DNA of 32,109 nucleotides from Octopus bimaculoides (lineage: Eukaryota): the NCBI RefSeq assembly GCF_001194135.2, contig NC_068993.1:56552912-56585020 (forward strand). Direction: 5' to 3'. Below are positions 23,137 to 32,109 of this stretch, piece after piece (positions within the stretch are counted from its first letter, which is position 1; the number at the start of each line of letters is the position of its first letter). Both the position numbers and the translations under genes were made by a program. The notes beneath the pieces are model-generated. The model had not been told where the DNA came from, made no database searches, and saw only the letters and a program-made list of their open reading frames with translations.

Positions 23137-23190
23137 CCTGTCTGTCTACCTGTCTGTCTATGTATGTATGTATGTATGTATGTATGTATG

Positions 23191-23245
<55 letters not shown>

Positions 23246-23275
23246 ATATCTATATATATATATATATATTTATAT
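23085..23275. repeat. Graded array (CTGT)n(ATGT)n(ATCT)n(AT)n
   Basis: Direct reading. Confidence 0.95.
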
Positions 23276-23286
23276 ATTTATATATC

Positions 23287-23708
23287 TTTTACTCACTTTT
23301 ACTTCTTTGAGTCATTTGACTGTGGCCATGCTGGAGCACCGCCTTTAGTGGAGCAAATCGACCCCAGAACTTATTCTTTGTAAGCCTAGTACTTATTCTA
23401 TTGGTCTCTTTTGCCGAACCGCTCAGTTACGGGGATGTAAACATGCCAACATCACTTGTCAAGCGATGATGAGGGCAAACACAGACACATACGGAAATAC
23501 ACACAGACAAACAGTCAGACAGACACACACACACACGCACACACGCACACACACATATATGACGGGCTTCTTTCAATTTCCGTCTTCCAAATCCACTCTC
23601 AAGGCTTTGGTCGGTCCGAGTAGAAGACACTTGCCCAAGGTGCCATGCAGTGGGACTGAACCCAGAACCATGTGGTTGGGAAGCAAGCTTCTTACCACAC
23701 AGCCACTC
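23287..23708 (-). mobile_element. Full-length composite SINE: tRNA-like head, CORE-like domain, internal (GT/AT) microsatellite, Meta-like segment, tail
   Basis: Reverse complement reads TGGCTGTGTGGTAAG...GGTTCAGTCCC...CACCTTGGGCAAGTGTCTT, then a (GT)n spacer at 23475-23570, then a 3' half matching 18308-18489. Confidence 0.88.
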
Positions 23709-23936
23709 ATGTGCCTATATATATATATATATATATAATGTAATTGTGCGTTAACAAAGAAACCAATGGTTTTACGTGAATAAATCTTCACAATTGTTTA
23801 AGCGTGCCACATGGAAGAGATGGCACTCGTCTTTATCTTCGATTAATAGTTGTAATGTTTAAAATTAATAGATGGAATCTTCCAAAACCCATGGGTATGC
23901 AACCAATAGATGAATGCAGACAGTCATTACCGTAAT

Positions 23937-24298
23937 ACCAGCTTCCTTCGTCAGGAGGTAAATAGGCAGATCTTGAATAAATTCTAGGAATTGATGCCAC
24001 ACCCAGCATATAGTCAGCACCTGGTTCCCACCGATTATAAGTCGTTCTGATTTATAGGTCACTTACTGCGTTCATGACTCTTCATTAACCAAGAGGAGAG
24101 GGAAGCTTCGGTAAAAGTGTTCCTCGCCTCGAAGGATAAGAATTAGCGTCAGCGAGGGAGCAAAGAGGTCGCAGAAAGGTGGGCTCAGACGGTGCAAAAC
24201 CATGGTTTCTACATTGAATGCTAGGTAGTTCCTGTTATAACTTGACGAATAAAGCAAATGTTACCAAGATATTGCAGAACTTTTTACTCAACATAATA
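23937..24298 (+). mobile_element. Mariner 3' remnant with 3' TIR
   Basis: RQILNKF*ELMPHPAYSQHLVPTDY (cf. LPHPPYSPDLAPSDY)...FINQEEREASVKVFLASKDKN*RQRGSKEVAERWAQTVQNHGFYIEC* (stop 24222-24224); end reverse complement TA-TTATGTTGAGTAAAAAGTTCTGC. Confidence 0.88.
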
Positions 24299-24589
24299 TA
24301 CTATGATATAATATCACACACACACACACACTTATACACACACACACACACACACGCACACACTTATACACACACACACACACATATATACACATACATT
24401 TATATATGCATGTATTATATAAACAAAAACAACAACTAGCAAAATAAAAAACGCTACTACATCTCCCCCATACATAAACAAACTCCAAAAATCTAGAATA
24501 TTCGAAATATTTGTAAAATGCTGCAGAAAAGATAAAAAAAATATTAAGAAAAATGAGGGGAAAAAATGAAGGAAAGAAACCGATGCAAA

Positions 24590-24624
<35 letters not shown>

Positions 24625-24626
24625 AT
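24590..24626. repeat. (AAAT)n
   Basis: Direct reading. Confidence 0.9.
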
Positions 24627-24924
24627 AGACAAAAGATGAGTGAAATGAAAAAATACGATGAAGAATAGTTTGCAATGAAAGTTAACATCAATCCTGTTGA
24701 TCGATCGAAGTCAATGAAATAATTAAGAAGTGATCGATTTTTCACTTTTTTTTTTATAAAATATATTCAAATTACAGTTAACGTAGAAAGAATGAGAGAG
24801 AGACAAAGAGAGAAGGAAAGAGAGAATGTGTGTGTGTTTGTGTGACGAAGAAGAGAATTAAAGAGATAGAGAAAAGCGATATAGAAAAATACGAAGAGGA
24901 GAGTTAGAAGTGAAGATAGACGGA

Positions 24925-24935
24925 TAGATAGATAA

Positions 24936-25000
<65 letters not shown>
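24925..25000. repeat. (GATA)n(GA)n
   Basis: Direct reading. Confidence 0.9.
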
Positions 25001-26204
25001 GAGAAGAGAGAAAAAGATGGTGGACACACAGAGGGAGAAATGTCGAATAGTCATGTGGAGATAGCAGAGAGCACACACACACACACATACACATGTATGT
25101 TGTATGTATCTCCCATCCTCTCTCACTGTGTGTGTATGTGTGTGTGTGTGCGTATATATATATATACATATATATGCATATATATATATATATANNNNNN
25201 NNNNNNNNNNNNNNNNNNNNNNNNNNNNNNNNNNNNNNNNNNNNNNNNNNNNNNNNNNNNNNNNNNNNNNNNNNNNNNNNNNNNNNNNNNNNNNNNNNNN
25301 NNNNNNNNNNNNNNNNNNNNNNNNNNNNNNNNNNNNNNNNNNNNNNNNNNNNNNNNNNNNNNNNNNNNNNNNNNNNNNNNNNNNNNNNNNNNNNNNNNNN
25401 NNNNNNNNNNNNNNNNNNNNNNNNNNNNNNNNNNNNNNNNNNNNNNNNNNNNNNNNNNNNNNNNNNNNNNNNNNNNNNNNNNNNNNNNNNNNNNNNNNNN
25501 NNNNNNNNNNNNNNNNNNNNNNNNNNNNNNNNNNNNNNNNNNNNNNNNNNNNNNNNNNNNNNNNNNNNNNNNNNNNNNNNNNNNNNNNNNNNNNNNNNNN
25601 NNNNNNNNNNNNNNNNNNNNNNNNNNNNNNNNNNNNNNNNNNNNNNNNNNNNNNNNNNNNNNNNNNNNNNNNNNNNNNNNNNNNNNNNNNNNNNNNNNNN
25701 NNNNNNNNNNNNNNNNNNNNNNNNNNNNNNNNNNNNNNNNNNNNNNNNNNNNNNNNNNNNNNNNNNNNNNNNNNNNNNNNNNNNNNNNNNNNNNNNNNNN
25801 NNNNNNNNNNNNNNNNNNNNNNNNNNNNNNNNNNNNNNNNNNNNNNNNNNNNNNNNNNNNNNNNNNNNNNNNNNNNNNNNNNNNNNNNNNNNNNNNNNNN
25901 NNNNNNNNNNNNNNNNNNNNNNNNNNNNNNNNNNNNNNNNNNNNNNNNNNNNNNNNNNNNNNNNNNNNNNNNNNNNNNNNNNNNNNNNNNNNNNNNNNNN
26001 NNNNNNNNNNNNNNNNNNNNNNNNNNNNNNNNNNNNNNNNNNNNNNNNNNNNNNNNNNNNNNNNNNNNNNNNNNNNNNNNNNNNNNNNNNNNNNNNNNNN
26101 NNNNNNNNNNNNNNNNNNNNNNNNNNNNNNNNNNNNNNNNNNNNNNNNNNNNNNNNNNNNNNNNNNNNNNNNNNNNNNNNATACACACATCCATGCATAC
26201 ATAT

Positions 26205-26308
<104 letters not shown>

Positions 26309-26696
26309 ATATACATATATGTACATATACATACACACACACGCATACACGTATATATACACACACACATATATACTTATAGATGCAAGAACATGCATGT
26401 ATGCACACACACGTAATTACATTATAATGGACATGTGCACATAGGCATACACCCAACTGCACACACACACACACACATGTCACATAATAAAAGTTCATTA
26501 TCTAATTAATCCAATTAAGTAATTAAAATAAAATTTCGTCTTCTACAACCTTGCTCCTCCTTCTCCTTCTCCTCTCTCCCCCTCTCTCTCTCTTTTATTC
26601 CTCTGACTCTCTTCTCTATCCATTACTCTCGCTGTTTTTCCTTAATCTTCTTTTCTTCTTCCCTTGAATTCTCCCTTGTTTTCTCTTCTGTTCCCA

Positions 26697-26777
26697 CTTA
26701 CACTCACTCACTCACTCACTCACTCACTCACTCACTCACTCACTCACTCACTCACCCATCCACTCACTCACTCACCC
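26697..26777. repeat. (CACT)n
   Basis: Direct reading. Confidence 0.95.
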
Positions 26778-28115
26778 ATTTTCTCTAACGCCGTTGACAA
26801 AGTCTTTTATAGAAAAAAGGAAACATAAAATATCAAATTTAACCCGAATACACTTTATATATTTATGAAATCCACCCCCAAAAAACGAAGAAAAAAACAC
26901 AAGAAAAAACAACAACAATNNNNNNNNNNNNNNNNNNNNNNNNNNNNNNNNNNNNNNNNNNNNNNNNNNNNNNNNNNNNNNNNNNNNNNNNNNNNNNNNN
27001 NNNNNNNNNNNNNNNNNNNNNNNNNNNNNNNNNNNNNNNNNNNNNNNNNNNNNNNNNNNNNNNNNNNNNNNNNNNNNNNNNNNNNNNNNNNNNNNNNNNN
27101 NNNNNNNNNNNNNNNNNNNNNNNNNNNNNNNNNNNNNNNNNNNNNNNNNNNNNNNNNNNNNNNNNNNNNNNNNNNNNNNNNNNNNNNNNNNNNNNNNNNN
27201 NNNNNNNNNNNNNNNNNNNNNNNNNNNNNNNNNNNNNNNNNNNNNNNNNNNNNNNNNNNNNNNNNNNNNNNNNNNNNNNNNNNNNNNNNNNNNNNNNNNN
27301 NNNNNNNNNNNNNNNNNNNNNNNNNNNNNNNNNNNNNNNNNNNNNNNNNNNNNNNNNNNNNNNNNNNNNNNNNNNNNNNNNNNNNNNNNNNNNNNNNNNN
27401 NNNNNNNNNNNNNNNNNNNNNNNNNNNNNNNNNNNNNNNNNNNNNNNNNNNNNNNNNNNNNNNNNNNNNNNNNNNNNNNNNNNNNNNNNNNNNNNNNNNN
27501 NNNNNNNNNNNNNNNNNNNNNNATATATATATATATACATAGTATGAACATTTAGTGAACAGATGATGTGTGCTGAAAAGATGATGTGTAATAGTTTTTA
27601 TGAAGCTGTTTACATTCCTTGCATTTGTAATGTTTCTTATTCCACCAGCAACGTTTATAGATATTTATAGCGCCATGTTGACGATAATGTGGTGTAGACG
27701 TGTTTTAATACAAAATTATAGACGTCAATATGATTGTCGCAGATGTTATTAGATATTATTACCAGAAGTTAAATTTTTAACATTAGATTTATAATTCGTT
27801 CGTGAGGTGATTATTTTTGCTAGTGGTTAATTTACGTTGTCCGTGTCATTATTTGAGCATTGTCTCGTCTAATTATAATGGTCCTGTCTGCCATAAAGAA
27901 GCAGCAAAACGAGTCGAGATTTCGTCGACTGGATGATGGGTGCATGAAAGCTTAGAAATGCTAGTGATTTCTTTTAGCAAATTTACTATTCCAAACCAAT
28001 CGCAGAGAACTCGTATGAAAATATGAACAAAAAACCCCATCATTGATAAAGTAGGCCACAAACATGTCTTTAATGCAACACACAATCAAATGTGATATAT
28101 GATATACAACCTGTA

Positions 28116-28116
<1 letters not shown>

Positions 28117-28186
<70 letters not shown>

Positions 28187-28209
28187 TTATCTATACATAC
28201 ATACATACA

Positions 28210-28243
<34 letters not shown>

Positions 28244-28250
28244 CATACAT
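28117..28250. repeat. (ATCT)n(ATAC)n
   Basis: Direct reading. Confidence 0.95.
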
Positions 28251-28294
28251 ACAATCATTCATACACACATAAATATATGAATAGAAGCAGACAT

Positions 28295-28415
28295 GGCAAT
28301 GGGATTAAGAGTCCATCTCACAACCCCATGGTTTCAGGTTCAGTCCCATTACACGTTATTTTAGACAAGTGTAATGTAACCCGAGGCCAAAAAGTACCCT
28401 GCAAGCGAATTTGTT
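28295..28415 (+). mobile_element. Old degenerate CORE-like SINE head
   Basis: 'caaccccatggtttcaggttcagtccca...ttttagacaagtgt...gcgaatttgttagacgg' resembles the reverse complement of 23580-23680. Confidence 0.6.
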
Positions 28416-28896
28416 AGACGGTGTAAACACACACACACACACACACAAACACACACGCACCATATTTGGCGGCGTATACGCTTATCTTATTTTTAAAAGT
28501 ATTAGCAAATTGCTCTGCGCTTCATGCAGCAGTAATTCAACGGTATTATTGATAGGAGACCGAATGTCATACGGAGCTGCAGAAGCATAAGACCTCTCGC
28601 GACCGTTAGTAAAACAATTGTTAGTCATGACAAAATACTGAAAACAAACCGAAATATCACAGTCACTTAGCAGAGACTTACGAAATATTGCTCATGGTTC
28701 GTCGGCCATTATGAGGGCAGGTCATATCATCACATAATATTTCTACAGTATATATAACTCACACCTCATATGTGTCTTATATTATTTAATTACTGTGTTA
28801 CCTTTCAGAAACAGATTAAAAAAAAAAAAAAAAATCTAAATGAAACATTCTCATAGAAAGATGAAAGGAAATTTAAACGTTTTTCTCCGCCTGGCA

Positions 28897-29011
28897 GCTA
28901 TTTGCAATGAGCGAATGACAACAAAAACCTTAGCGGCATTGCGCCACCATGGTGGCTGATCGCATTAACACAAAACATCACAGAGAAAAATACGAGTTTT
29001 ACATCCTGCAT
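28897..29011 (+). repeat. Unclassified dispersed repeat, copy 2
   Basis: Homologous to the reverse complement of 21098-21211; contains the palindrome GCCACCATGGTGGC. Confidence 0.85.
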
Positions 29012-29349
29012 ATAAATTCTCTTGATCAACATATAAACAACTATACATTTGATCTGAAAGAACAATATGATCAGATATGGTTCGCATATAACGTAGTTTA
29101 CATATGATAAATTTATGGTTTCATATTTTATTCCAGAACACTGTTACAGTATTGTATTTATACGCACAGAATCATGCATTTCCTTCACTAAAACCATTTA
29201 AAAATATCTTTCAACGACTATATGACGAAACATTATATATTGGTTTTCTTTCCACAAAATATACTTGTAAAATAGTGGTTCGTCTTATGTGAAAGTGAGT
29301 CCTATACTCCGGCAAATGCAGTATATATATATATGTGTTGTGTGTTTGT

Positions 29350-29351
<2 letters not shown>

Positions 29352-29428
<77 letters not shown>
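29352..29428. repeat. (AC)n running into a gap
   Basis: Direct reading. Confidence 0.95.
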
Positions 29429-30256
29429 NNNNNNNNNNNNNNNNNNNNNNNNNNNNNNNNNNNNNNNNNNNNNNNNNNNNNNNNNNNNNNNNNNNNNNNN
29501 NNNNNNNNNNNNNNNNNNNNNNNNNNNNNNNNNNNNNNNNNNNNNNNNNNNNNNNNNNNNNNNNNNNNNNNNNNNNNNNNNNNNNNNNNNNNNNNNNNNN
29601 NNNNNNNNNNNNNNNNNNNNNNNNNNNNNNNNNNNNNNNNNNNNNNNNNNNNNNNNNNNNNNNNNNNNNNNNNNNNNNNNNNNNNNNNNNNNNNNNNNNN
29701 NNNNNNNNNNNNNNNNNNNNNNNNNNNNNNNNNNNNNNNNNNNNNNNNNNNNNNNNNNNNNNNNNNNNNNNNNNNNNNNNNNNNNNNNNNNNNNNNNNNN
29801 NNNNNNNNNNNNNNNNNNNNNNNNNNNNNNNNNNNNNNNNNNNNNNNNNNNNNNNNNNNNNNNNNNNNNNNNNNNNNNNNNNNNNNNNNNNNNNNNNNNN
29901 NNNNNNNNNNNNNNNNNNNNNNNNNNNNNNNNNNNNNNNNNNNNNNNNNNNNNNNNNNNNNNNNNNNNNNNNNNNNNNNNNNNNNNNNNNNNNNNNNNNN
30001 NNNNNNNNNNNNNNNNNNNNNNNNNNNNNNNNNNNNNNNNNNNNNNNNNNNNNNNNNNNNNNNNNNNNNNNNNNNNNNNNNNNNNNNNNNNNNNNNNNNN
30101 NNNNNNNNNNNNNNNNNNNNNNNNNNNNNNNNNNNNNNNNNNNNNNNNNNNNNNNNNNNNNNNNNNNNNNNATATATATATATATATATATACATATATA
30201 CGTAAATGGATGTGTGCCTGTATGTATACATATGTACATATATAGATGTCTGCGTG

Positions 30257-30257
<1 letters not shown>

Positions 30258-30320
<63 letters not shown>
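30258..30320. repeat. (ATCT)n
   Basis: Direct reading. Confidence 0.95.
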
Positions 30321-30321
<1 letters not shown>

Positions 30322-30998
30322 GTGTGTGTCGGCGTGTGTGAGTGTGTGTGTGTTTGTGTTGGCGTGTGTTTGTGTATGTGTGTGTGGTGTTTTATAACTA
30401 ATGTTGAAATAGCTTCTTTTCTCTTTGAAAAAAAAAAGGAGAGAACAGTGAAGAAGAAAGAAAAACTATTGAAAAACAAAGGAAATTTACATATCATATT
30501 CATTTCAAACATATTTTGAATTCAAAGAATAACATTTGAAATTACAGAAGCGAAACGATACTATAGTTTAATAACAACAGCAACAACGACATCGATGACA
30601 ACAGCAACAACAACTGAAAACTATATGTAAAACTGTCTATTTATGCAAATTTTACTGCAAAATAATGTAGAATTATACGCTCTGTCGCACAAATCAGTCG
30701 GTATCTCGATTCAGCAAGGATATTTGTAACTATTTATACGAGACCTCGCTTTGAAGTCTAGTTCAGTAGTAACTTGTATAGCCATAGTTTCGCGTGCAAA
30801 TTTTTACTTTTAATGTTTTACATTTTTTTAAGCGCCTCGTGTCAAGTTAACTTTTGGAAATAAGCCCAAAATATACAATCTTAATAATAATGCCTTAGCT
30901 ACAGAAAACATTAATTGGACACTACATTTAACACCAAAAAATATTTCGTAGCTTGCATAAGAATATTAATGATTAAAGAATAAAAAAATGACTGAGTT

Positions 30999-32080
30999 TC
31001 TAATTGTAATTGGATTAAATATTGTGGTGAAGTATTTTTTGATGTAGAGATGGAATCATACGATAAGGTGAGGTTTCTGAATTAATCGGATTATTTATTT
31101 TGGAGTGATTTCCGAAGTTATACCGCTCCGTTGAGCTCGGTATTTACCGGAATGATGGATTGTTTATTTTGTGAAGTATGAATGGTTATAGAATGGACTA
31201 TATTCGGAAAGAATCTATCAAAATATTCACAGAGTTATATTTAAAGATTACCGTATATAAGACTCTAAGTATAGTTAATTTCTTAGATATAACTAAAGGC
31301 TTGGGCCTTTATGGGGAACCTAACCAGGAAACTCAGTACATTAATATTAATTCCATCTACGCCCGAACAATTCCCCAAATGGTTACTAACATCAGTAAGC
31401 GAATAACCAAGTTACCTCCTACGAAGAATCCTTTATTACAATTGCATATTAAAAGACAGTGTTTTCAAAGATGGAAAACATTGAAAACAGAACAACAATG
31501 ATAGTCATAAACACAAAAATAATAATGGAAAGATTAGATTATATAGATATTCTCCTTAATGTTTAAATGTTTGTTCTACTACTCCTAGAATTTTCATAAA
31601 CCTTATAAATAAACATTTTCCCATAAGCCACAGATACAAAAACATCAATACAAATAATGTTAATGTGAATTATAGTTGCACCAAAACCTTGGCTGTTGCA
31701 ATGGCCTAAACAAACATAAAAAAGAAACATCTGTACAAACACGTAAATATTTCCCCCTCTATGTAATTATAACAATCCGAATATCTGCCTTCTCAGCGGT
31801 ATGTATTTTCAAATGGTTAATTTATCGATCTGAGGCCCCTCTCGAAAAAAACGATAATGAAATAAAACAGATATATGGTGCTCACTGAATATTCTTTAAT
31901 AAATATATTCTCCAACGTGTGTATATATATATAAAGTTATTTAGAAAAGTATTTCCTTTTACAAATATATATGGCGTTTTAAAAGATGAATATATCTAAA
32001 ATTCCAAGTTCGATCATTATAAACACTTGCTGTCTTTCTTTAATGGTTTCAGAAATCTGAATTAGTGAATACCTGCAGAT
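30999..32080 (+). mobile_element. Decayed Penelope-like retroelement: RT palm and thumb, linker, GIY-YIG
   Basis: WIKYCGEVFFDVEMESYD (cf. FDVTMGSYD), ELIGLFIL, GIYRNDGL (cf. GLYRDDGL), IVNFLDIT, ISKRITKL, INKHFPISHRYK...NVNYSC, CNYNNPNIC, KQIYG, KYIWRFK; many stops and frameshifts. Confidence 0.88.
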
Positions 32081-32109
32081 TCTCTACTGAGTGAGTGAGT
32101 CAGTGAATG

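Noticed and set aside
26697-26777. Regular repeat arrays as a possible CRISPR or telomere
   Set aside because: Simple tetranucleotide repeat with no spacers and not a TTAGGG-type unit.
27873-28085. 70-aa minus-strand ORF
   Set aside because: No motif recognised in any frame.
31105-31112. In-frame TGA in the Penelope RT as a possible selenocysteine codon
   Set aside because: The copy has many other stops and frameshifts, so decay is the simpler explanation.

Overview
Gappy (about 5.5 kb of N in 12 gaps), AT-rich, microsatellite-saturated eukaryotic non-coding DNA. The SINE families and repeat landscape look like an octopus genome such as Octopus bimaculoides; this is an inference from recalled repeat families, not a search result. 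I found no credible host protein-coding exon, rRNA, true tRNA or CRISPR array. Almost all listed ORFs come from microsatellites, N-runs or decayed transposons. The unique-looking sequence resolves largely into a transposon graveyard: three decayed Penelope-like retroelements (YRDDG-type RT plus C-terminal GIY-YIG; two are followed by degenerate hammerhead-like motifs), three mariner remnants (one near full length with TIRs, one interrupted by a hAT MITE with an 8-bp TSD), an RTE LINE 3' end, an RLE-type LINE C-terminus, a TTAA-flanked piggyBac-type MITE with a perfect hairpin, and about ten tRNA-derived SINE copies built from shared modules. I see no solid evidence of a new functional system. 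The best leads are the modular SINEs, the hammerhead-like motifs and an unidentified ~115-bp dispersed repeat.
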